64,000 nt of DNA from Cyclobacteriaceae bacterium (GTDB lineage: Bacteria; Bacteroidota; Bacteroidia; Cytophagales; Cyclobacteriaceae), in the NCBI GenBank assembly GCA_050289805.1, contig JBNKGL010000002.1, positions 154,643 through 218,642 of the forward strand. Reading direction: 5' to 3'. Shown in pieces: positions 39,315 through 48,031 of the stretch (the first letter of the stretch is position 1; each line of letters opens with the position of its first letter). Below the pieces are notes generated by a model that was not told the origin of the DNA, did not search any database, and was given only the letters and a program-made list of their open reading frames with translations. A program made the position numbers and the translations under genes.

Positions 39315-40232
39315 ATGATTGATGTTTATATAAATGATGAGACTTCCCCGCTAAAAGCAGTGGTACTTGGTATTGCCGATAGTTTTGGTGGCACACCAAA
39401 ATTAGAGGATGCTTATGATCCCAAATCAAGGGAGAATATTTTGAAGGGGACCTATCCAGTGGAAGAAGATCTGAAACTTGAGCTCGGTGAATTTGAGGCT
39501 GTACTTAAAAAGTATGGAGTAACGGTTTACCGTCCCAGTGTTATTGAAGACTGTAACCAGGTATTTTCGCGCGATATTGGCTTTGTAATTGAAGATAAAT
39601 TTGTTGTGCCCCATATTCTCAAGCATAGGCGCAGGGAAATTGGCGGCATTAAGTTTATAGTGGATCAAATTCACGCGGATCAAATTGTGGAGGTTCCCGA
39701 TCAGGTGCGTATTGAAGGCGGTGATGTGATGCCATGGAAAGACCATATATTCGTTGGGTATTCAAAATATCCTGAGTTCAATGAATTTGTTGTTTCCCGC
39801 ACTAACGAAGAAGGGGTTGAGTTTTTGAAGGAAACATTTCCTCATAAACGGGTCATGGCTTTTGAATTACAGAAGTCGGATGTGAATCCACGGGATAACG
39901 CGTTGCACCTCGACTGTTGTTTTCAACCTGTCGGTTCAGACTCTGCTATCATTTATAAGGGCGGGTTTAAAAATCAGGATGATTATGAATTTCTGGTTGA
40001 ATATTTCGGTCGACAAAATCTGATTGAGATTTCCCGCGAAGAAATGTATGAAATGAATTCAAATGTATTTTCCATTTCGCCTGATGTGGTTGTTTCGGAA
40101 AAAGGATTTACACGCCTGAATTCAGTGTTGCGGGAGCGTGGTTTCATTGTTGAAGAAATCAATTATTCAGAAACTTCCAAAATGGAAGGGCTGTTAAGAT
40201 GTTCAACACTGCCACTATTAAGGACAATTTGA
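39315..40232 (+). CDS. Pentein (guanidino-group-modifying) enzyme, amidinotransferase/DDAH-like
   Basis: Motifs FSRD, IEGGDV, ALHLDC (His) and the C-terminal catalytic Cys in EGLLRCSTLPL. The ATG at 39315 is preceded by a TAnnTTTG box at 39287-39294. The listed start 39255 is a GTG. Confidence 0.75.
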   Translation: MIDVYINDETSPLKAVVLGIADSFGGTPKLEDAYDPKSRENILKGTYPVEEDLKLELGEFEAVLKKYGVTVYRPSVIEDCNQVFSRDIGFVIEDKFVVPHILKHRRREIGGIKFIVDQIHADQIVEVPDQVRIEGGDVMPWKDHIFVGYSKYPEFNEFVVSRTNEEGVEFLKETFPHKRVMAFELQKSDVNPRDNALHLDCCFQPVGSDSAIIYKGGFKNQDDYEFLVEYFGRQNLIEISREEMYEMNSNVFSISPDVVVSEKGFTRLNSVLRERGFIVEEINYSETSKMEGLLRCSTLPLLRTI

Positions 40233-40241
40233 AATAAGATT

Positions 40242-41204
40242 ATGGCTCAATCAGTTACCGACACTATTTTGATGATTCGTCCCGTTAATTTTAATTTTAA
40301 CGCACAGACTGCCGTTAACAATTACTACCAGAAAGTGATTGACGGAATTGATAACGAAGAAGTACAGGAACGTGCTTTGAAGGAGTTTGATAATTTCGTT
40401 TCTGTCCTTCGCGACAAGGGAATTCGGGTGATAGTGATTGAGGATACACCGGAGCCCGAGACTCCGGATTCGATATTTCCGAACAACTGGATTTCATTTC
40501 ATAGTGACGGACGTGTGGGGTTATACCCGATGTTTGCAGAAAACAGGCGAAAGGAGCGCAGGGCTGATGTTCTTGAGAAACTTCAGACTGAATATTCCAT
40601 GGTAATTTCAGAAAGGGTTGATCTTACCATATTTGAAGATTCCGGGAAGTATCTGGAAGGCACGGGAAGCATGGTGCTCGACCGGGAAAACCGGATCGCA
40701 TATGCGGCAATTTCTGAACGTACAAACCTGGATGTCCTTGAGAAATTCTGCGAAAATTTTCAGTATAAGGCCGTTACGTTTACAGCATACCAGAGTGTTG
40801 ATGGAGACAGGTTACCTATTTATCATACAAATGTCATGATGTGCATTGGGGATACTTTTGCGGTGGTTTGTGCAGATTGTATCGACGATAGCCATGAAAG
40901 GCTCCAGGTTGTTGAAGTACTTGAACAAACAGGCAAGGAAATTATTTATATTACAGAAGAGCAGGTGCATCAATTTGCGGGGAATATGCTGGAGGTAAGG
41001 TCACATTTGAACCCTGTAAACAAATATTTGATCATGTCAGGAGCCGCATTTCATTCTCTTTCTGAAAAACAGCTGGATCAGCTTCAGGCACATTGCGAAA
41101 TAATCCACAGTTCACTTGATACTATTGAAGCCCTTGGAGGCGGCAGTGCCCGCTGCATGATGGCTGAGGTATTTCTTCCCGTATCATCAACAGTAAAAAA
41201 TTAA
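40242..41204 (+). CDS. Pentein enzyme of the arginine-deiminase-related / citrulline ureidase (CtlX-like) type
   Basis: 320 aa. C-terminal GGGSARCMMAEVF (catalytic Cys). Also IYHTNVMM and IFPNNW regions, as in arginine-deiminase-related proteins. Confidence 0.7.
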   Translation: MAQSVTDTILMIRPVNFNFNAQTAVNNYYQKVIDGIDNEEVQERALKEFDNFVSVLRDKGIRVIVIEDTPEPETPDSIFPNNWISFHSDGRVGLYPMFAENRRKERRADVLEKLQTEYSMVISERVDLTIFEDSGKYLEGTGSMVLDRENRIAYAAISERTNLDVLEKFCENFQYKAVTFTAYQSVDGDRLPIYHTNVMMCIGDTFAVVCADCIDDSHERLQVVEVLEQTGKEIIYITEEQVHQFAGNMLEVRSHLNPVNKYLIMSGAAFHSLSEKQLDQLQAHCEIIHSSLDTIEALGGGSARCMMAEVFLPVSSTVKN

Positions 41205-41208
41205 GACC

Positions 41209-42180
41209 ATGCATACGTCCATTACCGAATTTATTGAGCATCATTTTCTTCATTTCAATGCCGCAGCATTAGTAGATGCCGCCCGTGGATACAAAAAGCA
41301 TCTTGAAGAGAATAAGAAGATGCTTATTTCCCTCGCCGGAGCTATGAGTACCGCGGAGCTTGGAAAGTCTCTTGCCGAGATGATCCGTCAGGACAAAGTT
41401 CAGATCATTAGCTGTACAGGTGCAAACCTTGAAGAAGATGTTATGAACCTGGTGGCACATAATCATTATAAAAGAGTCCCCAATTACCGGGATCTTACGC
41501 CAAAAGAAGAATGGGAGCTGCTTGAAAACGGGTTGAACCGTGTTACGGATACATGCATTCCCGAGGAAGAGGCGTTCCGACGAATTCAGAAGCATATTTT
41601 CAAAATCTGGAAAGACGCCGAAGACAATGGTGAACGATTGTTTCCACATGAATATTTGTTCAGATTACTCAATTCCGGAGTAATGAAGCAATACTATGAG
41701 ATTGATCCGGTGAACAGCTGGATGATTGCGGCAGCCGAAAAGAATTTACCCATGGTTGTTCCGGGATGGGAGGACTCTACACTGGGAAATATATTTGCCT
41801 CTTACTGCCTCAAAGGTGAATTAAAGCCTTCGACGATGAAGTCCGGAATTGAATATATGACATTCCTGGCCGACTGGTATACGGAATCAGCAGGGTCGGA
41901 TGGAATAGGGTTTTTCCAGATCGGGGGAGGTATTGCAGGTGATTTTCCCATATGCGTCGTGCCCATGCTTTATCAGGATATGGAACGGGAAGACACACCC
42001 TTCTGGAGCTATTTCTGCCAGATATCTGATTCCACGACCAGCTATGGGTCATATTCCGGTGCTGTCCCGAATGAAAAGATCACATGGGGGAAATTGGGAA
42101 TAGATACCCCGAAATATATTGTTGAATCGGATGCCACGATCGTGGCTCCATTAATTTTTGCCTATATTCTGGGCTGGTAG
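41209..42180 (+). CDS. Deoxyhypusine synthase-like protein (candidate homospermidine synthase / aminobutyl transferase)
   Basis: Motifs SLAGAMSTAELG, SCTGANLEEDV, IGGGIAGDF and SYGSYSGAVPNEKITWGKL (the Lys of WGK aligns with the DHS catalytic lysine). 323 aa. Confidence 0.8.
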   Translation: MHTSITEFIEHHFLHFNAAALVDAARGYKKHLEENKKMLISLAGAMSTAELGKSLAEMIRQDKVQIISCTGANLEEDVMNLVAHNHYKRVPNYRDLTPKEEWELLENGLNRVTDTCIPEEEAFRRIQKHIFKIWKDAEDNGERLFPHEYLFRLLNSGVMKQYYEIDPVNSWMIAAAEKNLPMVVPGWEDSTLGNIFASYCLKGELKPSTMKSGIEYMTFLADWYTESAGSDGIGFFQIGGGIAGDFPICVVPMLYQDMEREDTPFWSYFCQISDSTTSYGSYSGAVPNEKITWGKLGIDTPKYIVESDATIVAPLIFAYILGW

Positions 42181-42183
42181 ATC

Positions 42184-43725
42184 ATGACCGAAATAAAAAG
42201 CGAAAGTAGTCAGCACCTTCTTGTCACCCGAAATTTGACCATTCGGGATTATGACAGGATTGCTGAAATTATGGAGGTTTCCTATCATTTGATGCCGGAT
42301 ATCTGGAGTAAATCGCAGATCAAGCGCTTGCTGAAGTTATTCCCCGAAGGACAGATAGGAGTGGAGGATCACGGCGAGTTGGTGGCATTCGCCCTTTCTC
42401 TGATTGTTGATTATAAAAAATTTGGTGACAACCATACCTTCCAGAAAATCACCGGAAATGAATCATTTGAAACTCACGACCCCGATGGCGATGTACTGTA
42501 CGCCATTGAAGTGTGTGTAGACCCGGAATACCGGGGAATGCGACTTGGCCGTCGTCTTTATGATGCGCGAAAGGAACTTTGTGAGCAGCTGAACCTCCGA
42601 TCGATCATAGCAGGCGGCCGAATGCCTAATTATCATAAGCACAGTGATGAGCTGACTCCCAAAGATTATATTCAGAAAGTACGGACTAAGGAGATCTATG
42701 ATCCGGTTCTTTATTTTCAGATCAGCAATGACTTTCACGTAAAGAAGATTTTACATAACTATTTGCCGGGTGACAAGGCATCCCGGAACTATGCAGTGCT
42801 GGTTGAATGGAATAATATCTACTACGAGGAATCGGAAGACCCGATGCGGGTGCGAAAAAGCTATGCCCGTATAGGTGTGGTTCAATGGCAGCTGAGGGCT
42901 GTGCGTTCAGTTGAATCTTTTTTCGACAACGTGGAATTCTTTGTGGATGCGGTGAGTGGTTATAAGGCTGATTTTCTCGTTTTTCCTGAGCTTTTCAACG
43001 CACCGTTAATGGCCGAGTTTAATGAAAATGATGCTGCCCAGGCCATTCGCAAGCTGGCAAATTATACCGAACAGATCAGGGATAAAATTGTGGAGTTTGC
43101 CGTGAGCTATAATATCAACATAGTCGCGGGAAGTATGCCGGTATATGAAGATGAACGCCTCTATAACGTGGCATACCTTTGCCGGCGTGATGGTACCTAT
43201 GAGGCTCAGTATAAAATTCATCCGACCCCGGCTGAAAGAGGTGACTGGGGTATGTCGGGTGGAGATCAGATCCATGTTTTTGAAACCGATGTGGCTAAAG
43301 TGGGGATACTGATTTGCTATGACGTGGAATTTCCTGAATTAGGCAGAATTATGGCTGAAAAGGGAATGGAAATACTCATCGTTCCATTTGCAACGGACAT
43401 GCAAAACGGATATCAGCGGGTGAGGGTCTGTTCCCAGGCCCGCGCCATTGAGAACGAGTGTTATGTGGCCATATCCGGAAGTGTGGGAAACCTGCCCAAG
43501 GTTAAAAACATGGACATACAATTTGGTCAGTCGGCTGTTTTTTCACCGTCTGATTTTGCTTTTCCACAAAATGCTGTTGTCGCAGAAGGAACACCAAATA
43601 CTGAAAACACGATCATTGCGGACGTGGACCTGGATGATTTGCGCGAACTCCATATGCATGGTAGTGTACGTAACTTATTGGATCGCAGAAAAGATCTGTA
43701 CGAGGTAAAATTGAAGAAAAAATAA
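42184..43725 (+). CDS. GNAT N-acetyltransferase fused to a carbon-nitrogen hydrolase (nitrilase superfamily) domain
   Basis: N-terminal GNAT core (VCVDPEYRGMRLGRRLYDA). The C-terminal CN-hydrolase has an intact Glu-Lys-Cys triad (FPELF, YKIHPT, ILICYDVEFPE). 513 aa. Confidence 0.8.
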   Translation: MTEIKSESSQHLLVTRNLTIRDYDRIAEIMEVSYHLMPDIWSKSQIKRLLKLFPEGQIGVEDHGELVAFALSLIVDYKKFGDNHTFQKITGNESFETHDPDGDVLYAIEVCVDPEYRGMRLGRRLYDARKELCEQLNLRSIIAGGRMPNYHKHSDELTPKDYIQKVRTKEIYDPVLYFQISNDFHVKKILHNYLPGDKASRNYAVLVEWNNIYYEESEDPMRVRKSYARIGVVQWQLRAVRSVESFFDNVEFFVDAVSGYKADFLVFPELFNAPLMAEFNENDAAQAIRKLANYTEQIRDKIVEFAVSYNINIVAGSMPVYEDERLYNVAYLCRRDGTYEAQYKIHPTPAERGDWGMSGGDQIHVFETDVAKVGILICYDVEFPELGRIMAEKGMEILIVPFATDMQNGYQRVRVCSQARAIENECYVAISGSVGNLPKVKNMDIQFGQSAVFSPSDFAFPQNAVVAEGTPNTENTIIADVDLDDLRELHMHGSVRNLLDRRKDLYEVKLKKK

Positions 43726-45509
43726 TGATTGAAGAACAACTGGTTGGGGATATAATTCAGGCATTTAATGCCTGCTTCGATGCGACGATTTCAGAAGATG
43801 CCATAACACTTCAGCCCACAAGGAAGGATTTTGAAGGGACCCATACACTTGTCTGTTTTCCTTTTTCCAGGATCTCCAGGAAAAGTCCGGAACAGACCGC
43901 CGAAGTGCTCGGTTCCTGGCTGGCTGAAAACTCATCCCTGGTACGTGATTTTAATGTTGTAAAGGGCTTTTTGAACCTTTCTCTCCATGATGCCGCATGG
44001 GTTGGCGTTCTCGGAGCAATTCATTCTGATGAAGGCTTTGGGTCCTATCCGGGCCGGAACCAGGAGGTTATGATCGAGTATTCCTCGCCGAATACCAATA
44101 AGCCGCTGCATCTTGGCCATCTGAGAAACAATTTTCTGGGATGGTCTGTCGCGGAGATTTTGAAGGCCAATGGCTATACGGTTCATAAGGTTCAGATCAT
44201 CAATGATCGCGGAATTCATATCTGCAAGTCGATGGTCGCCTGGCTCCGTTATGGAGACGGAGCAACCCCGCATTCTACCGGAAAGAAAGGTGATAAGCTC
44301 GTGGGTGATTATTATGTAAAATTTGATCAGGAATACAAGAAGGAAATCGCTACTCTGGAGGCTGGTGGCGTAACTAAGGAAGAAGCTGAAAAAACGGCCC
44401 CGATCCTGATGGAAGCCCAGGATATGCTTCGAAAATGGGAACAAAAAGACCCCGAAGTTTATGCGCTCTGGGAAACCATGAACCAATGGGTATATACCGG
44501 ATTCAGCGAAACCTATGAACGCATGGGTGTCGATTTTGATAAACTTTACTATGAGTCACAGACCTTTCTGCTCGGTAAGGAGGAAGTTTTAAAAGGACTT
44601 GAGCAGGGCATATTTTATCAGAAAGAGGATAATTCTGTTTGGGTGGACCTGAGTGATGACGGACTCGACCAAAAATTACTTCTGCGCGCAGACGGCACCT
44701 CCGTTTATATGACCCAGGATATCGGCACTGCGATACTCCGGTATCGTGAATTCCCGGAAATAATCCGCCAGATCTATACTGTGGGTAATGAACAGGAATA
44801 CCATTTCAAGGTCCTGTTCCTTATCCTCGGAAAACTAGGTTATTCTTGGGCAAAGGAATGTTATCACCTGAGTTATGGAATGGTGGATCTCCCAACGGGT
44901 AAGATGAAATCGCGCGAAGGTACTGTAGTAGATGCAGACGACCTGATGCAGGAAATGGTGGAAACGGCTGGTCAGCATACACAGGAATTAGGAAAAATAG
45001 AAGGGTTTACGGCTGAACAGGCAGGTGAATTATATGAAACACTGGGGCTTGGAGCGTTGAAATATTTTCTGCTGAAAGTTGATCCGCGAAAGCGAATGTT
45101 GTTCGATCCCAATGAATCTATTCAGTTTCAGGGGAATACAGCGCCATTTATTCAATATACCCATGCACGAATTTGCGCCATACTGCGAAAGGCAGAGCAG
45201 GTTGGGGTAAGCCTTCAGGAAATAAGTCAGGAGACTGATCTGCTTGATGTGGAGACTTACCTTATCCAGCTTCTGAGCCAATATCCCGTAAAGGTTAAGG
45301 AGGCAGGAGAAAATTATGCACCGGACATTATCGCCAATTATGTCTACGACCTGGCGAAGGAATATAATCGCTTTTACCAGGAGATCCCCATTTTCGCAGA
45401 GGAGGACATGAATAAGCTGCAGGTCCGCGTTATGATATCCGCAGAAATTGCAAGGGTGATCAGCCTCGGGATGGGCTTGCTTGGTATTAACGTTCCTGAA
45501 AGAATGTAA
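43725..45509 (+). CDS. argS: Arginine--tRNA ligase
   Basis: HIGH-type motif PLHLGHLRN, GKMKSREG, and a C-terminal DALR anticodon-binding domain ending ...NVPERM. 594 aa. Its start overlaps the upstream stop (TAATG). Confidence 0.95.
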   Translation: MIEEQLVGDIIQAFNACFDATISEDAITLQPTRKDFEGTHTLVCFPFSRISRKSPEQTAEVLGSWLAENSSLVRDFNVVKGFLNLSLHDAAWVGVLGAIHSDEGFGSYPGRNQEVMIEYSSPNTNKPLHLGHLRNNFLGWSVAEILKANGYTVHKVQIINDRGIHICKSMVAWLRYGDGATPHSTGKKGDKLVGDYYVKFDQEYKKEIATLEAGGVTKEEAEKTAPILMEAQDMLRKWEQKDPEVYALWETMNQWVYTGFSETYERMGVDFDKLYYESQTFLLGKEEVLKGLEQGIFYQKEDNSVWVDLSDDGLDQKLLLRADGTSVYMTQDIGTAILRYREFPEIIRQIYTVGNEQEYHFKVLFLILGKLGYSWAKECYHLSYGMVDLPTGKMKSREGTVVDADDLMQEMVETAGQHTQELGKIEGFTAEQAGELYETLGLGALKYFLLKVDPRKRMLFDPNESIQFQGNTAPFIQYTHARICAILRKAEQVGVSLQEISQETDLLDVETYLIQLLSQYPVKVKEAGENYAPDIIANYVYDLAKEYNRFYQEIPIFAEEDMNKLQVRVMISAEIARVISLGMGLLGINVPERM

Positions 45510-45510
45510 T

Positions 45511-46416
45511 ATGGCGGTTTCACCCTGGATTACTGCATTTCGCTTACGCACATTGCCACTGGCTTTATCCAGTATTGGCATGGGCTCATTTCTCGCGGTA
45601 GGAGATGGCGTCTTTCAATGGTCCATATTTCTGTTGTGTGCACTTACAACTGTACTGCTTCAGATCCTGTCAAACCTTGCCAATGACTATGGTGATTCTG
45701 TACATGGCGCCGACCACAATGAAAGATCAGGACCGAAGCGTATGGTTCAATCCGGAGTTATCACTCTTTCCCAAATGAAAATCGCCATGGGGATATTTGT
45801 AGCATTCGCTCTTACCTGTGGGATATCCCTGCTGTATGTCGCATTCGGCTGGAATCTGAAGGCATTCCTGTTTTTCTTTTTTCTCGGGATTTTGTCGATC
45901 CTGGCAGCTATCGCATACACGGCGGGCCGTAAGCCTTATGGTTATATGGGCCTTGGTGATCTTTCGGTCCTTATATTTTTCGGACTGGTAGGTGTACTTG
46001 GATCTTATTATTTGTACGCTCAGCAATTCAATGCGGAATACCTGTTTCCCGCCTATGCTTGTGGAGTATTCGCAGTGGCAGTTCTGAATGTAAACAATAT
46101 CAGGGATATTGAATCAGACCGCCTTGCAGGGAAGTTTTCGATACCCGTTCGAATCGGGAAGGAACGCGCCGTTCGATACCATTGGTTTTTACTGATTTCG
46201 GGTATGTCGGCAATGGTAGTTTTCGTTTTTCTCAACTTCCACGATCTGCGGCAATGGCTGTTTCTACTTTCGTTTCCATTATTTATTCGGAATGGTATTG
46301 CGGTGAGCAAGGCAACATCCTGTGAGGCTCTTGATCCGTATCTGAAACAAATGGCGCTGAGTACCCTCTTCTTTGTTTTATCCTTCGGGGTCGGATTAAT
46401 ACTTTCAAATCTTTAG
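45511..46416 (+). CDS. menA: 1,4-dihydroxy-2-naphthoate polyprenyltransferase
   Basis: UbiA-family membrane protein with NLANDYGDSVHGAD and NNIRDIESD motifs. ATG 1 nt after the argS stop (the listed start 45481 is a TTG inside argS). Confidence 0.85.
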   Translation: MAVSPWITAFRLRTLPLALSSIGMGSFLAVGDGVFQWSIFLLCALTTVLLQILSNLANDYGDSVHGADHNERSGPKRMVQSGVITLSQMKIAMGIFVAFALTCGISLLYVAFGWNLKAFLFFFFLGILSILAAIAYTAGRKPYGYMGLGDLSVLIFFGLVGVLGSYYLYAQQFNAEYLFPAYACGVFAVAVLNVNNIRDIESDRLAGKFSIPVRIGKERAVRYHWFLLISGMSAMVVFVFLNFHDLRQWLFLLSFPLFIRNGIAVSKATSCEALDPYLKQMALSTLFFVLSFGVGLILSNL

Positions 46417-46476
46417 GCCTTCTTTTCCAGTGCATGGATACGGTTATGGAGCATTCAAATAACTGACAAATCTCAG

Positions 46477-46496
46477 GCCCTGTAAGGGGCTTTTTT
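46477..46496 (+). terminator. Short intrinsic terminator after menA
   Basis: Stem GCCCT/GGGGC (with one G-U pair), GTAA tetraloop, then T6. Confidence 0.5.
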
Positions 46497-46550
46497 AATA
46501 CATTTACTTCAAGTAAATTGTTAGTTTGCATTACATCAGAAAAGAAAGTC

Positions 46551-47402
46551 ATGAAACATATACTCGTACCCACCGATTTCAGCAAACAGGCAGGCTATGC
46601 TATTGACCTGGGAGCTTACCTTGCCCGTAAACTTAATGCTGAGCTGACGTTGCTTCATGTTGTGGTTGACGGCACGCTTCCTACAGTAAATTATAGCGGT
46701 GAGGTAGCCTTGCCAGATATGCAGGATCGTCTGTTTGTTCTGAAGCTGATTGAGAAAGGTAAAGAAGAGCTCGCAGAAATTCTGAAGAGGCCGGACTTCA
46801 AGGATCTGAACGTACATACGGAATTGCATGTGGGTGATATCTATTACGGGGTAAAGGATATTATTGCTGAAAGGAATATCGATCTGGTAGTGATGGGAAC
46901 GAAGGGGTCGAGTGGCTTCGAGGAATTTATTATTGGTTCCAACGCTGAACGTGTGGTACGTTACGCCAAATGTCCTGTTCTCACTATTCATGAGCCAATG
47001 AAGGCCCTGAGGATTGATAAAATTGTTTACGCCAACTCCCTTGAAAAACCGGAGCATCCGTGTGCCCCGGTATTAAAAGATATTCAGGAGGCATTTGATG
47101 CAACCGTTCACCTGGTTCGGGTGAATACTCCCAATAATTTCAAAGCAGATTACGACTCCCTTCCACTGCTCGAGCGAATCGCCGAGAATTCCGGATTAAA
47201 GAATTTTGAGCTTCATATTTATAATGATTCCACGGAAGAAGCCGGTATACTCAATTTTGCTGAACAGATCGATGCAGACCTGATCGTTATGGCAACTCAT
47301 GGACGGACCGGCCTTGCCCATCTGCTTACAGGAAGTCTGGCAGAATCTGTGGTTAATCATACCCACCGGCCTGTTCTCACCTATGTAGATAAGGATATTT
47401 AG
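46551..47402 (+). CDS. Universal stress protein, tandem UspA domains
   Basis: Motifs MKHILVPTDFS, VVMGTKGSSGFEEFIIGSNAERVV and IVMATHGRTGLAHLLTGSLAESVV. ATG at 46551 (the listed start 46518 is a TTG). Confidence 0.85.
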   Translation: MKHILVPTDFSKQAGYAIDLGAYLARKLNAELTLLHVVVDGTLPTVNYSGEVALPDMQDRLFVLKLIEKGKEELAEILKRPDFKDLNVHTELHVGDIYYGVKDIIAERNIDLVVMGTKGSSGFEEFIIGSNAERVVRYAKCPVLTIHEPMKALRIDKIVYANSLEKPEHPCAPVLKDIQEAFDATVHLVRVNTPNNFKADYDSLPLLERIAENSGLKNFELHIYNDSTEEAGILNFAEQIDADLIVMATHGRTGLAHLLTGSLAESVVNHTHRPVLTYVDKDI

Positions 47403-47941
47403 AGAATTTCGCCGGTAACTTTCAGGAACATCGTGGCCTTGATTCGAAAGGTCACCGGTTTTCCCGTGATAAAGGAGTGGAATTGGACAATGATGCCCTC
47501 GTCTGCAATAAAATTTTCAGCGATAATTTTTGATTCCTCATCGGTAAAACGAAGGATATAATCTGTTCCGGTTACGCTGTATTGATACAGGGGAATATCC
47601 GGTACATCAAATGCCGGCAACAATTCATTCCGTTGAAGATCCATCAGGAGCAATTGATTGGACTGAAGTTCGGTGTCCTCCGGGCCCACAAATTCTGAAA
47701 TGGAAAAAACCAATGAATCTACATCGAAATCAGAAATGCGTTCTTCAAATTCGGCGATCTCAGGATTTGTGGTGGTGCTAAGTACTCTTTCCCCGGTAAT
47801 TTCATTAGGCATGGTCTCCAGAACAATAGCCACAAGACTGTCACTAATGCTAGTAGACCGGGTAGCTGAAATAAATTTTGTTTCTTCACACGATGTTAAA
47901 GCCAGGATCGCGACACTAAAAAATAGTAATACCGATTTCAT
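47399..47941 (-). CDS. Hypothetical lipoprotein
   Basis: Lipobox AILALTSCEE. 180 aa. No family recognised. Confidence 0.55.
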   Translation of the reverse strand: MKSVLLFFSVAILALTSCEETKFISATRSTSISDSLVAIVLETMPNEITGERVLSTTTNPEIAEFEERISDFDVDSLVFSISEFVGPEDTELQSNQLLLMDLQRNELLPAFDVPDIPLYQYSVTGTDYILRFTDEESKIIAENFIADEGIIVQFHSFITGKPVTFRIKATMFLKVTGEIL

Positions 47942-48031
47942 ATACTTTTAATTCTTTTTTGATCCTTCGGGTAACCTGAAATGATATGTGAATATTGCCA
48001 AAACCCTCATTAAATCCTAGTTTAGTCTCCG

